Of a stretch of DNA of 64,000 nucleotides, positions 30,154 through 41,628 are shown one piece after another. The stretch's first letter is position 1; the number at the start of each line of letters is the position of its first letter. The notes beneath the pieces are model-generated. The model made no database searches, had not been told where the DNA came from, and was given only the letters and a program-made list of their open reading frames with translations. Source of the DNA: Candidatus Blochmannia vicinus (nom. nud.) (GTDB lineage: Bacteria > Pseudomonadota > Gammaproteobacteria > Enterobacterales > Enterobacteriaceae); assembly GCA_030020825.1 (NCBI GenBank), contig CP125213.1:24379-88378 (forward strand), written 5' to 3'. The translations under genes and the position numbers were made by a program.

Positions 30154-31449
30154 CTTTTTAAGTTTATTTTTTAATTTTTTCATCGTATGTCATTTTATGA
30201 TGTAGAATCACCAAGCATTATGTACCTTATCATATTTTTATTTTATTTTATATATAGACGATATCTATTATGCATTAAATAATTGAAAATCTTATATAAG
30301 ATTGTAAATTATCGTTGATAATTGTAATAAATTTATTATTATTATTATGTAATATATTTTTAATATAAAACTGAATAATTCTAACATATTATTATTATGT
30401 GTAAAAAGTATAAATGTGAAAATTATATTTGATTTAATTGATATAATTTTTAAAATTAATTAATAATGATGATATTAATATGATTTTTATATCTTATAAT
30501 ATAAGATATTCAGATAAATATTCGGATTAAATTACTTTAATATTATATTAAGTACTTATTATTAAGTAGCATTATAATTTTCGTTCAATAAATTTATTTA
30601 AAATAATTTTTATGATTTGTATTATTTTGAGGATATAGGAGTTGTTTATTTTTATCTAAATCATTATCAATTTTAATAATTAGTTATTAATTAAATTTAG
30701 TTTTTTAAAGTTTTTAATTTTTTGATTGAGATTTTTATTAGATATAAAAACCTTTAAATCTTGAGTAATTCTAACAATAGAACACATTAGAATTTATAGA
30801 AAAAGATAATATTTATAGTAATTAGTATTTTTTTATATTTAAACTGTAATGTATTTTTTATGTAAGGGAGAAAGTATAAGTATGTGTTTGTTTTTTGTTT
30901 TAATATATTAATATGTAATATAACTTTGATTATATTTTTTATTTGAATTTTTATTTCAAATTATATTATGGGACTTTTAATGTCTATATTTATATAGTAT
31001 TGTTTAGTATTATAGATATTTTTATTGTATAAAATATGTTTTGTTGTAGAGTTTGGTGAAATTAATAAAAAATTTAAAATATGTATAGTAATGTACATTT
31101 GTTTTCTAATATTAGAAAACATGATCGAATATTTGTCAATATTAATTTTAATAGACTTTATTTTTTTAATAATTTAGGCAACTTAAATTAATGATTATTT
31201 AATAATTATGCTTTTATATTTATTGTTTGTCTTGATTTAGGATTAAAATTTAATCTTTAAGATGTTGAGTGTTTTCTTTAATTATATTGAACTTATAATA
31301 TTATTTATCGGTTTTCATAAAAATTATCATGACGTTGTCTTTTTAATCTTCAAGAATTTTTAATTAGATTAAAATAAGATTAATTTACAATTAATTTTTA
31401 GTTTAAATAATGTTGTTTTTCGTTATTATTTAATGTAGGTATATAACTT

Positions 31450-32283
31450 TTAAAAGGATTTAATTAGTTCATCGATAGCTTTCATTTGTTTTAAAAAATG
31501 TTCTAGCTTATTTAAGGGTAATGCAGAAGGACCATCGCATTTAGCATAATTTGGATTTGGGTGCGCTTCAAGAAATAATCCAGCGATACCTACTGCTGTA
31601 CTGGCTCTAGCTATATCATAAATCTGTATGTTCCTGCCTCCAGAAGTAGGACTTAAAGGATTACGTGTTTGCAAAGAATGTGTAACGTCCACTATTATTG
31701 GACAACCTTTAGAAATTTGATTCATTATATTAAATCCTAATATGTCTACTATTAAGTTATCATAGCCAAATAAAGTACCTCGTTCACATAAAATTGTCTT
31801 GTTATTTTTAAATGAACGACATTTATTAACAATATTTACTATTTGTGTTGGACTCATATATTGTGGTTTTTTTATGTTAATTGCTAGTCCAGTTTTTGCT
31901 ACAGATTCAATTAAATCTGTTTGACGAGCTAAAAATGCTGGAATTTGTAATACATCTACTACTTCTGATGCAATATTTGCTTGATTAATTTCATGTACGT
32001 CAGTCATAAGCTTGACTCCAAACATTTTTTTTAATTCTTGAAATAGGAGTAAACCCTTTTCTAATCCTGGTCCACGATATGAATTAATTGATGAACGGTT
32101 TGCTTTGTCGAAAGATGCTTTAAATATATAAGGTATATTTAATTTTTGAGTTATGTGAACATAATGTTCACAAACTTTCATAACTATGTCTCGTGACTCT
32201 AAAACATTCATTCCTCCAAATAGTACTAACGGTAAATTATTTGATACTTTTATATCGATAATATCAACTGTTAACTGTTGCAT
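31450..32283 (-). CDS. kdsA: Kdo 8-phosphate synthase
   Basis: Start set at MQQLTV (32283) by analogy to the E. coli N-terminus; [30 protein letters not shown] motifs. Confidence 0.96.
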   Translation of the reverse strand: MQQLTVDIIDIKVSNNLPLVLFGGMNVLESRDIVMKVCEHYVHITQKLNIPYIFKASFDKANRSSINSYRGPGLEKGLLLFQELKKMFGVKLMTDVHEINQANIASEVVDVLQIPAFLARQTDLIESVAKTGLAINIKKPQYMSPTQIVNIVNKCRSFKNNKTILCERGTLFGYDNLIVDILGFNIMNQISKGCPIIVDVTHSLQTRNPLSPTSGGRNIQIYDIARASTAVGIAGLFLEAHPNPNYAKCDGPSALPLNKLEHFLKQMKAIDELIKSF

Positions 32284-32480
32284 GTATTTCGTTTCCAAAT
32301 GGTTTAATTTCAAATGTACAGTATTAATTAGATTTTTAAAATTAAATATGTTCTATTATATATTTATACATTTTATTTTTTAAATTTAAATTTTAATAAT
32401 TTATTTGTAGTTATTTTTAAAATTTGTTTACTTATAATTGTATTATTGTAATAAATAAGATATGTGTGCGATATAAAATA

Positions 32481-33320
32481 TTAATGGGATATCCATTGTC
32501 CATATGTTACACGTTCATAATGATGATAATCGCGTATTGTATGGATATGAGTAAATCCAAATTTATAAAATAATGTGCGCATATATCTTCCTTGATTCCA
32601 GCCATGTTCTAAAAACAGCCATCCATTTTGATGCAAATGTTGAGTAGAAAGCTTGCAAATTATTGTTAAATCCGATAAACCTGATTGTCCTGATATTAAT
32701 GCATGTTTAGGTTCAAAATTCATGTCCCTAATTTGTAGACATGAATCATGTTTAGCAATATATGGCGGATTACTGACAATAAGATTAAATTTTTTCCTTA
32801 CTAGATATTTAAACCAGTTTCCATATATAAATTTTACGTTTTTTAAATTCAGAAAAATTTTATTTTGGCAAGCAATAAATAATGCTTGTTTTTGGCAATC
32901 TACTCCTGTAATACTCCAATTTGGTCTTTCTGATGAAAGAGCTAAAGCTATTGTTCCTACTCCAGTACCTAAGTCCAAAACATTTAATCTAGTAGGTGTA
33001 TATAGTAAGTCAAGAACGTGTTGTACTAAGCATTCAGTGTCTGATCTAGGAATGAATACACCTGGAGCTACTTTAAAATTTAAGGACCAAAATTCTTTTG
33101 AACCAATTATATAAGCTATAGGTTCCCCTTTTTTTCTACGATCAATTAATGATTTTAGTTGAATGATGGTATCATACTTTAATAAAGTTTCTCCAAACGC
33201 CAACAATTGGGCACGAGGTTTATTTATAACTTTTTCTAAAATAATTTCAGCGTCTCTTTTTGGGCTTATAGATTTTTTTAGATTTAAACTAGCCCAATAC
33301 AACCACTGATCCCATGTCAT
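32481..33320 (-). CDS. prmC: Release factor glutamine methyltransferase
   Basis: GEPIAYI.G.KEFWSL, DLGTG.G, VSNPPY, LEHGWNQ. Confidence 0.97.
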   Translation of the reverse strand: MTWDQWLYWASLNLKKSISPKRDAEIILEKVINKPRAQLLAFGETLLKYDTIIQLKSLIDRRKKGEPIAYIIGSKEFWSLNFKVAPGVFIPRSDTECLVQHVLDLLYTPTRLNVLDLGTGVGTIALALSSERPNWSITGVDCQKQALFIACQNKIFLNLKNVKFIYGNWFKYLVRKKFNLIVSNPPYIAKHDSCLQIRDMNFEPKHALISGQSGLSDLTIICKLSTQHLHQNGWLFLEHGWNQGRYMRTLFYKFGFTHIHTIRDYHHYERVTYGQWISH

Positions 33321-34402
33321 TATTCTGACTCTAATAGTTTATCAAGTTGATTAGCTTGATTTTTATCAAATATTGACTGCATCAAAATATCTAAATCTCC
33401 GTTCATTATATCATTTAGTTTATATGATGTGAAAGAAATACGATGGTCAGTAATACGACCTTGTTGGAAATTATATGTACGGATGCGATCAGATCGGTCT
33501 CCAGTACCTAGTAGGTTACGTCGGGTGCAAGACACTTCTTTTTGTCGACGTTTCATTTCAATAGCATGTAATCTAGAACCCAGTACTGATAATGCTTTAG
33601 CTTTATTTTTATGCTGCGATCGTTCGTCCTGGCATTCTACAACTAATCCGCTTGGTATATGGGTAATACGAATTGCCGAATCAGTGGTGTTTACATGTTG
33701 TCCTCCTGCACCTGATGATCTAAAAGTATCAATTCTTAAGTCATTCAGATTAATATCAGGAAGTTTAATATTTGGTATTACTGGAATTACAGCGATTGTG
33801 CAAGTAGAAGTATGAACCCGACCTTGGGATTCAGTGTGAGGGACTCTTTGTACACGATGCCCTCCAGATTCAAACTTTAATTGCCCATATGTTCCTTTGT
33901 CAGGAATCTTTGCAATTATTTCTTTATAACCACCGTATTCGCCATAAGTAGCATTGATAATTTCTATTTTCCATCGACGTATCTCTGAATAACGAGCATA
34001 CATTCGGAATAATTCTCCTGCAAAAATTGCTGCTTCTTTCCCACCAGTCCCAGCTCGCAATTCTATAAAACAACCTAATTTATCATTAGGGTCTGTAGGT
34101 AATAATAGTATTTTTAAATTTTTTTCAAGGTTATACTGATTTAAATAAAATTCTTTTAATTCATCTTGTGCAATGTCATGCATATCTGTATCTGCAAGCA
34201 TTTCTTTTATATTAGCTATTTCTTGTTGCATATTTAACCAACGTTTAAAACAAATAACTATTTCAGATAAGCGTGCATGTTCTTTAGATAAAACACAAAA
34301 ACGTTTTTTATCACAAATAACATCAGGTTCATTGAGTAATTTTTCTAATATATTAAAACGTTCTTGTAATACTATTAGTTTTTTAGTAATAGCAGGATTC
34401 AT
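33320..34402 (-). CDS. prfA: Peptide chain release factor 1
   Basis: [36 protein letters not shown]. Confidence 0.98.
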   Translation of the reverse strand: MNPAITKKLIVLQERFNILEKLLNEPDVICDKKRFCVLSKEHARLSEIVICFKRWLNMQQEIANIKEMLADTDMHDIAQDELKEFYLNQYNLEKNLKILLLPTDPNDKLGCFIELRAGTGGKEAAIFAGELFRMYARYSEIRRWKIEIINATYGEYGGYKEIIAKIPDKGTYGQLKFESGGHRVQRVPHTESQGRVHTSTCTIAVIPVIPNIKLPDINLNDLRIDTFRSSGAGGQHVNTTDSAIRITHIPSGLVVECQDERSQHKNKAKALSVLGSRLHAIEMKRRQKEVSCTRRNLLGTGDRSDRIRTYNFQQGRITDHRISFTSYKLNDIMNGDLDILMQSIFDKNQANQLDKLLESE

Positions 34403-35089
34403 ATATATTTATGTTAGAGTGATACTTATTTTTTATTTATATGAAAATTATTGATATTAATAACTATCAGTATAATTGAAATTTATATTTTTTGTTTAAA
34501 TAATATGTTGTAGTTATGTTTGTATGAAATAAATTGTATCTTAATTATATTTATATATAACCTTGAATAGGTATTGTATATTTATTATGAGTAGTATTAA
34601 AATAATTAATACTAATGAAATAATATCATATATGTACATGTTTATGTAAAAATTTTAAAAATTTTTTATTTTTTAGATATATAGCAATCAAATTTCTGTT
34701 TATTTATATAGTCTACAAAATATTTTTATTAAAGGCTGCACCTGTGTGTATACATATGTTTTTTACTAAAATAGTGTAAATTTTATTACTTAATTTAAAC
34801 ATTTAATTATTATGGGTATTTTACAATGTAATTTATATTATATGATATGTTTCAGTAAATATTTAATAAAGAAAATATTGAGATTTAAAAATTAAATAAA
34901 TTAATTATATATCGTGTGCTATTATTCAGCGCCTGTTTAAATATTAGATTGGATTAATATTTAATATGATTAAAAGTTGTATTTATGATTAATAGGTGGA
35001 TGATTTTATGTGAAATATAGTATTAAATATACGTGCAATAAATAAAATCTGAATTTTACATAAAAACACTTTTAAAATTTAATATTTAG

Positions 35090-35707
35090 ATGTATCGACA
35101 TGTATGTTTTCGATTGTTTGGAATAGCTGTTTTTATTTGTGTTTCTTGCGTTCATCATCGGAATTTTAGCCTTCATGAAGACAAATTAGTAGCGTATATG
35201 TGGAATAATCATAAGGAATTAATATCCCATATGCTTAACTATCAAGCACAAGGAGCTATTATTTATATGATTAACAATCAAAGAAAAGGGTATATTCCAT
35301 TTATTTGGACTAAAGACAATGACAATTGTCATATAAAGTTATTTAATGTTTTTGGATTGACTATAATTTCTATATCTGTAGAAAATGGAGTGGTTTCTAT
35401 CTTCAGTAATATATCCAGTCAAAATAATAATTTAAAAAATGAAGTTCAAAAATGGTTTGTAGATATTAGTTATTTTTTAGAACAATTACAAAAATGGCTT
35501 CTTGGGTTGCCTAATAGCAATTCAGAATATAATTTAAATTCTATCGGTTGTTTATCTCATATAAATTATTGTTATAATAATAAAAATATATCTATACATT
35601 ATCGTTATTATCATACTAATAGCATACCAATTTTACCTAAAGTTTTGGATGTATATTATGATCAATACTACATAAGGGTAATAATAAATAACTGGAGTAT
35701 ACGATGA
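35090..35707 (+). CDS. lolB: Outer membrane lipoprotein LolB (diverged)
   Basis: Signal peptide ending CVSC; YQAQGAIIY, F.W, QLQKWLLGLP and I.I.Y..Y, W at C-terminus; ATGA overlap with ispE. Confidence 0.85.
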   Translation: MYRHVCFRLFGIAVFICVSCVHHRNFSLHEDKLVAYMWNNHKELISHMLNYQAQGAIIYMINNQRKGYIPFIWTKDNDNCHIKLFNVFGLTIISISVENGVVSIFSNISSQNNNLKNEVQKWFVDISYFLEQLQKWLLGLPNSNSEYNLNSIGCLSHINYCYNNKNISIHYRYYHTNSIPILPKVLDVYYDQYYIRVIINNWSIR

Positions 35708-36576
35708 ATTATAAATGGCCATCTCCAGGAAAACTTAATTTGTTTCTATATATTACTGGGTATCGTGTAAATGATTATCATTACTTACAGACCTTATTTC
35801 AATTTATTGATTATGGTGATAGCATCGAAGTATTAGTAACAGATAGTGGTAGAGTTAGATTGTTTACTGAGATGGATGATTTAGTACACTGTGATAATTT
35901 GATTGTGCGTGCGGCAAAGTTGTTACAAGATTATTGTTGGCCTGATAAAAAATCATTGTTTGGTGCAGATATTTTTCTTAATAAAGTGTTACCTATCGGT
36001 TCTGGTTTAGGTGGGGCTTCTTCTAATGCTGCAACTGTGTTAATGATACTTAATCAGCAATGGCGTTGTTATTTGAATAAAAATATTTTAATGCGTTTAG
36101 GTTTGATGTTAGGATCTGATGTACCATTTTTTATATATGGATATTCAGCATTTGCTGAAGGAATTGGCGATGTTCTTACACCAGTTTTTATACCTGAAAA
36201 GTGGTATCTTCTTGTCATACCACCGATTAATATTAGCACTTCGTGGGTTTTTCAAATGTATAAATTAAAAAATCGTTTTTATTCTCCATATCGTTCAATG
36301 CAAGAGTTATTATCTGTGTCTTTTAGTAATGATTTCGAAGAAATTGTAAAAGAGGTATTTCCTGAAATAAAAATATATTTTAAGCATTTATCACAGTATG
36401 CATCCGCACGAATTACGGGAACAGGTTCTTGTATTTTTTCTGAATTTAATACTGAATATCTTGCTTATCAAGTTCAAAGTTATTTGCCATCATGGATAAA
36501 AAGTATTGTAACACGAGGAATAAATTTGTCTCCATTACATCAAAAATTATTAAATTCTAATACATTAGTATTATAA
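35704..36576 (+). CDS. ispE: CDP-ME kinase (MEP pathway)
   Basis: WPSPGKLNLFLYITG, YH.LQTLFQF, GSGLGGASSNAA, LGSDVP, ITGTGSC. Confidence 0.97.
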   Translation: MNYKWPSPGKLNLFLYITGYRVNDYHYLQTLFQFIDYGDSIEVLVTDSGRVRLFTEMDDLVHCDNLIVRAAKLLQDYCWPDKKSLFGADIFLNKVLPIGSGLGGASSNAATVLMILNQQWRCYLNKNILMRLGLMLGSDVPFFIYGYSAFAEGIGDVLTPVFIPEKWYLLVIPPINISTSWVFQMYKLKNRFYSPYRSMQELLSVSFSNDFEEIVKEVFPEIKIYFKHLSQYASARITGTGSCIFSEFNTEYLAYQVQSYLPSWIKSIVTRGINLSPLHQKLLNSNTLVL

Positions 36577-36667
36577 TTTTTATTTCGTTAATAAACGTTG
36601 TTATTTTATTATATAACCTGGAGCATTAATAATATTGTTGAATATAAAACTATGAGATGTTGCTAAT

Positions 36668-37606
36668 ATGAAACTTTTTACTGGGAATGCTATTCCAGAG
36701 TTGGCTCGATGTATTGCTAATAGATTATATACTAATCTTGGAAAGGCTTCTGTTGGCCGTTTTAGTGATGGCGAAGTAAGTGTGCAAATTAATGAGAATG
36801 TACGTGGTGGAGATGTATTTATTATTCAATCTACTTGCGCTCCAACAAATGATAATTTAATGGAATTGATTGTCATGGTAGACGCACTAAGACGTGCATC
36901 GGCTGCTAGAATTACTGCTGTAATTCCTTATTTTGGTTATGCTCGTCAAGATAGAAGAGTGCGCTCTTCTAGAGTGCCTATTACTTCTAGAGTTGTAGCA
37001 AATTTTTTATCTAGTGTAGGAGTGGATCGTATTTTAACAGTAGATCTACATGCTGAACAAATACAGGGGTTTTTTGATGTACCAGTAGACAATGTTTTTG
37101 GAAGCCCAATCTTATTAGAAGATATGATGCAACAAAATTTTAATAACCCTATTGTAGTATCTCCAGATATTGGAGGGGTAATACGTGCTCGCGCCATCGC
37201 AAAATTACTTCATGATACTGATATGGCAATCATAGATAAACGAAGATCTCGTGCTAATGTTTCTCAAATTATGCATATTATTGGAGATGTATGTAATCGT
37301 GATTGTATATTGGTAGACGATATGATTGATACTGGCGGAACTTTATGTAAAGCTGCAGATGTTTTGAAAGAAAAAGGGGCCCGCCGGGTGTTTGCTTATA
37401 TTACTCATCCAATTTTTTCTGGTAATGCTTATGAGAATATCCAAAATTCTATGATTGATGAAATTATTGTGTGTGATACTATTCCATTAAAACCAAAAAT
37501 AAAATCTTTACCTAATGTGCGTGCATTGACTTTGTCTGGTATGCTTGCTGAAACAATTCGTCGTATTAGTAATGAGGAATCTATTTCTGCTATGTTTGAG
37601 CATTAA
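36668..37606 (+). CDS. prs: Ribose-phosphate pyrophosphokinase
   Basis: [34 protein letters not shown]. Confidence 0.98.
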   Translation: MKLFTGNAIPELARCIANRLYTNLGKASVGRFSDGEVSVQINENVRGGDVFIIQSTCAPTNDNLMELIVMVDALRRASAARITAVIPYFGYARQDRRVRSSRVPITSRVVANFLSSVGVDRILTVDLHAEQIQGFFDVPVDNVFGSPILLEDMMQQNFNNPIVVSPDIGGVIRARAIAKLLHDTDMAIIDKRRSRANVSQIMHIIGDVCNRDCILVDDMIDTGGTLCKAADVLKEKGARRVFAYITHPIFSGNAYENIQNSMIDEIIVCDTIPLKPKIKSLPNVRALTLSGMLAETIRRISNEESISAMFEH

Positions 37607-37811
37607 GTGAATGTTTTATATATTTTTATTTTAAAGTATTCTGTTAGTATTTTAAAATGGCTATAAGGGGTTATTAATATTCAGTAGAAGGAAGTATAAA
37701 ATTGTTTTAAGAAAATATTTATACTTTAATTAATAATTATGTTAGTTATTTAAGTAATAATGTTAAATAAATCTTAATTTATAAGACTGAATAATAATTT
37801 GTGTGTACAAG

Positions 37812-38402
37812 ATGACTATTAAACTTATTGTTGGTTTGGGTAATGTTGGAGCAAGTTATTTTAATACTAGGCATAATTTTGGTTCTAAATATGTTGAATT
37901 GTTAGCTAAAAAATACAGAGTAATGTTGAGTAAAAGCAATATATTATGTGGGTATATCGGGAAATTAAAATTAGAAAATAATGTTGTGTATTTATTAATA
38001 CCAGATTTATATATGAATAATAATGGGCTTTCAATATCTAAATGTGTTAATTTTTATCAATTATACATAGAAGAAATTTTGGTAGCGCATGATGAGCTTG
38101 ATTTACCACCAGGTGTGATACGTATTAAATTAGGTAAAAAAATTAATGATAGTCATAATGGATTAAGGGATATTGTTACTAGATTGAATAATAAATTTAA
38201 TTTTTATCGATTACGTATTGGAATAGGTCATCCTGGTAAAAAAAGTAAAGTGATTGATTTTGTGTTAAATAAACCATCCATTTATGATCAATTTAGAATT
38301 GATAGCGCAATTAATGAAGCAATACTACATACTGAAAGTATAGTGACTAAAAAATTTGTTAAAGTTATGAATCAATTGCATTCTTATAAGTCTGATTTTT
38401 AG
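37812..38402 (+). CDS. pth: Peptidyl-tRNA hydrolase
   Basis: Start set at MTIKLIVGLGN (37812); TRHN, HDELD, HNGL, RLRIGIGHPG. Confidence 0.96.
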   Translation: MTIKLIVGLGNVGASYFNTRHNFGSKYVELLAKKYRVMLSKSNILCGYIGKLKLENNVVYLLIPDLYMNNNGLSISKCVNFYQLYIEEILVAHDELDLPPGVIRIKLGKKINDSHNGLRDIVTRLNNKFNFYRLRIGIGHPGKKSKVIDFVLNKPSIYDQFRIDSAINEAILHTESIVTKKFVKVMNQLHSYKSDF

Positions 38403-38492
38403 GAAAATGTTTATTTAGAAAATTTTATTAATTTTTTATAAAATATTGATGATAATGTTTTATTGTATTTAAATTTTAATTATTTAAGTATT

Positions 38493-39569
38493 ATGCAAAT
38501 TGATTGTGGTATAATTGGCCTGCCTAATGTAGGTAAATCTACATTGTTTAGTTTATTAACTCATGTATCTGTTAAAGCAGACAATTTCCCTTTTTGTACT
38601 ATCCAACCTAATATATCTATAGTTCATATACCTGATGTGCGTATATATCAGTTAACAGATATTTTTCCGTCACGTAAAACAGTGCATGGCGCGGTAAGAT
38701 TCATAGATGTTGCCGGTTTAATAAAAGGAGCTGCTCAAGGGGTTGGAATGGGTGTTCAAGTTTTAAATCATATTCGTGCAACAAAAGTGTTGTGTCATGT
38801 GGTGCGTTGTTTTGATAATAATCAAATTATTCATGTTTTTAATGATATAGATCCTTGTAGAGATGTTAGTGTTGTTAATACTGAATTAATCTTATTTGAT
38901 ATTTTTCAGTGTGAACAAAGTGTTTGTACTTTGCAAAAAAAGTGTAAGATTGTTGATGATCGTAATAAACAGCAGTTATTTTTATTAAAAAAATGTTTGG
39001 ATTGTTTGTATAATGGTGTTTTTTTAAGAAAAATACAGTTTTCTAATATAGAAAAAATAAATATTGAAAAACTTAATCTTTTAACTGTTAAGCCAATTAT
39101 TTATATTGCCAATATTGATGAAAAAACTGTTACAGATAATATTTATTTAAATAGGCTGCGTGCATTAGCATCTAATGAACAAGTACCATTGGTTTCATGT
39201 CGCGTAATGTTGTCTTTATTAAAAAGTGAAAATAATTGCATTGAAGTTGCTATGGAACAGAAAGAATGTGTATTACATGATATAAATAATACTATTTTTT
39301 CTGTATTGAATTTGTGTACTTTTTTTACTATTAATTTAAATATGACACGGGCTTGGGTATGCATTATTGGAACTACTGCGTTGGAAGCAGCCAAAAAAGT
39401 ACATAGTGATTTTAAAAAGGGTTTTATTCGTGTTCAAGTTATTAAGTTTAATGATTTTATCATTTATAATGGAGAATTAGGTGTAAAGAGAGCTGGTAAA
39501 ATATATTATGAGGGGAAGGATTATTGTGTAGAGGATGGAGATATATTGAAGTTTTTATTTAAAATGTAA
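38493..39569 (+). CDS. ychF: Ribosome-binding ATPase YchF (diverged)
   Basis: Start set at ATG 38493; GIIGLPNVGKST, FPFCTI.PN, DVAG, HVVRCF, HSDFKKGFIR, EGKDY.VEDGD. Confidence 0.94.
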   Translation: MQIDCGIIGLPNVGKSTLFSLLTHVSVKADNFPFCTIQPNISIVHIPDVRIYQLTDIFPSRKTVHGAVRFIDVAGLIKGAAQGVGMGVQVLNHIRATKVLCHVVRCFDNNQIIHVFNDIDPCRDVSVVNTELILFDIFQCEQSVCTLQKKCKIVDDRNKQQLFLLKKCLDCLYNGVFLRKIQFSNIEKINIEKLNLLTVKPIIYIANIDEKTVTDNIYLNRLRALASNEQVPLVSCRVMLSLLKSENNCIEVAMEQKECVLHDINNTIFSVLNLCTFFTINLNMTRAWVCIIGTTALEAAKKVHSDFKKGFIRVQVIKFNDFIIYNGELGVKRAGKIYYEGKDYCVEDGDILKFLFKM

Positions 39570-39582
39570 TGTGCGATATATA

Positions 39583-39661
39583 AGAATACATAATTGGCAC
39601 ATTTGTATTTAAACTTATTTATATAATAAGTTTAAATACAAATGTGCCAATTATGTATTCT
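39583..39661. terminator. 37-bp perfect hairpin, 5-nt loop, between convergent ychF and ybhL
   Basis: agaatacataattggcacatttgtatttaaacttatt-tatat-aataagtttaaatacaaatgtgccaattatgtattct. Confidence 0.75.
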
Positions 39662-39665
39662 ATAA

Positions 39666-40376
39666 TTAACGTCGATTTCCAAAAATACGAACTATCATTA
39701 AAAATAAATTAATGAAATCTAAATACAAAGTCAATGCGCCTATAATTGAATATTTACGGAACTGATCTTGATTATCTATAGATAAAGAAGCTCCTATAGA
39801 TTTTAGTTTTTGAGTATCGTATGCAGTTAAACCAACAAAAATTATTACCCCAACATATGTAATTAACCACATTAAAGCTGTGTTTTTTAACCATATATTT
39901 ACTATTGAAGCTAATATTATTCCAATTAATGCCATGAATGATAAATTGCTAAAACTACTTAAATCCCGCTTAGTAGTATATCCATATAATGTCATAACTC
40001 CGAACATACCAGATGTTACTACGAATGCGCTAGATATAGAAGACGTAGTATATAGTATAAATATGCTAGATAAAGTTAATCCTGTTAGCATGGAATATAG
40101 CATAAACAATGTAGTTGCTAGAGAACCATTTAATCGTGATACCATGCCAGATAGAACAAATACCAGTGCTAATTGTCCAATAATTAAACTGAAAAATACT
40201 ATTTGATTGGAAAAAAGTAATTGAAGTATTGCTGGAGTCCTAGAAGCGTACCAAGCAACAAAAGCAGTTAACAATAATCCACAAGACATCCAACCAAATA
40301 CTTGTGCGATATATGGTTGGATTACATTATTAGCTCGTTCCGATACTGTATTTTGAAAACGGGTAAATCGATCCAT
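39666..40376 (-). CDS. ybhL: Bax inhibitor-1/YccA (TMBIM) family membrane protein
   Basis: Start set at MDRF (40376; AAGGTG 6 nt upstream); AQVFGWM..GLLLTAFVAWYA, AYDTQKLK, GALTLYLDFINLFL. Confidence 0.93.
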   Translation of the reverse strand: MDRFTRFQNTVSERANNVIQPYIAQVFGWMSCGLLLTAFVAWYASRTPAILQLLFSNQIVFFSLIIGQLALVFVLSGMVSRLNGSLATTLFMLYSMLTGLTLSSIFILYTTSSISSAFVVTSGMFGVMTLYGYTTKRDLSSFSNLSFMALIGIILASIVNIWLKNTALMWLITYVGVIIFVGLTAYDTQKLKSIGASLSIDNQDQFRKYSIIGALTLYLDFINLFLMIVRIFGNRR

Positions 40377-40623
40377 ACTCATCACCTTCAGAAATAATTG
40401 AAATATAAAACACTTTTATGAAGTATATCGTAAGCGAATCATGTGAGCAACAAAATGTTGCATAACATTATTTTAAAAACAAATTAAAAGTTAAATTTAT
40501 ACACAATAACACCTATATCTTAAAAGTACGAATGTTATTGTAGTTAGCTTATCTTTAATAAATATTGAATATAGTATAGTATGTTTGTTTAGTTAAGATT
40601 TATGTATAATTCAATATTGTTAT

Positions 40624-41325
40624 TTAATAGTTGTTTAAATAGTAATATTGAATGAGATTTGTATTTTTATCAAATTCATATATTAATGGAACACCAGTTG
40701 GTACGTTAATTTGAAATATTTCTGATTCGTTTAAATTATTTAAAAATTTTATTATAGCGCGTATAGAATTACCATGGGCAACAATGATAAGATTTTTATT
40801 ATTTTTAATATGAGGAACTATAGAATCATTCCAATACGGGATTACTCTATTTAAAGTTAACGCTAAACTTTCACCTTTAGATAATTCGTTAGTATCTATA
40901 TTATGGTAACGGTTATCATTTGTTGCAATAAATTGGTTATTTTCGCAAATATTAGGGGGAACGACATCAAAACTACGACGCCATTTTTGAATCGTTTCAT
41001 AGCCGTATTTTTTTACGGCTTCATCTTTATTCAATCCTTGCAGTGTTCCGTAATGTCGTTCATTTAATCTCCAAGATTTTTCAACTGGCAACCATACTTG
41101 ATCTAGTTGATCTAGTATAATCCATAGAGTATGAATTGCTCGTTTTAATACTGAAGTATATCCATAATTGAAAAAAAAACCATTTTTTTTTAATGTTTGA
41201 CCAGCGCATTGTGCTTCAGTACGTCCTTTGTTTGATAAATCTATATCAACCCATCCAGTAAATCGATTTTCTTTGTTCCATTGACTTTCTCCATGTCTTA
41301 TGAGAGCAAGTTTAGTGACATTCAT
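40624..41325 (-). CDS. gpmA: 2,3-BPG-dependent phosphoglycerate mutase
   Basis: [23 protein letters not shown]; 233 aa, without the E. coli C-terminal tail. Confidence 0.97.
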   Translation of the reverse strand: MNVTKLALIRHGESQWNKENRFTGWVDIDLSNKGRTEAQCAGQTLKKNGFFFNYGYTSVLKRAIHTLWIILDQLDQVWLPVEKSWRLNERHYGTLQGLNKDEAVKKYGYETIQKWRRSFDVVPPNICENNQFIATNDNRYHNIDTNELSKGESLALTLNRVIPYWNDSIVPHIKNNKNLIIVAHGNSIRAIIKFLNNLNESEIFQINVPTGVPLIYEFDKNTNLIQYYYLNNY

Positions 41326-41628
41326 AATTTTATTCTCTTATTTTTATTAATCAATATGTAAATAAATTATATACTGCTTGTTTTAGATTGGCTATGTTAT
41401 TAGTATATGTAATATTGAGATAATTCTTGAGAATTAAGTTACTTAGTTTATAGTAATATATGCATAAATTAACAATATTTTTTAGAATAGTTAGAAATAA
41501 CAATTTTTCTCGTTAAATTATATAACTATTTAGTATGGTTTTGTAAGTTTTATATCTGTATATGATATAATGGAAAATGTAATTTCATAATTTGTACGTA
41601 GCATATTGTCATAAAAATAAACGAATAT

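Noticed and set aside
33835-33850. RF1 specificity tripeptide PHT instead of PAT/PVT
   Set aside because: It still fits the PxT consensus; no evidence of altered stop-codon reading.
34915-34940. Possible hemA remnant (minus-strand KQALN resembling DQALD)
   Set aside because: Five residues with no supporting flanking similarity; not distinguishable from chance.
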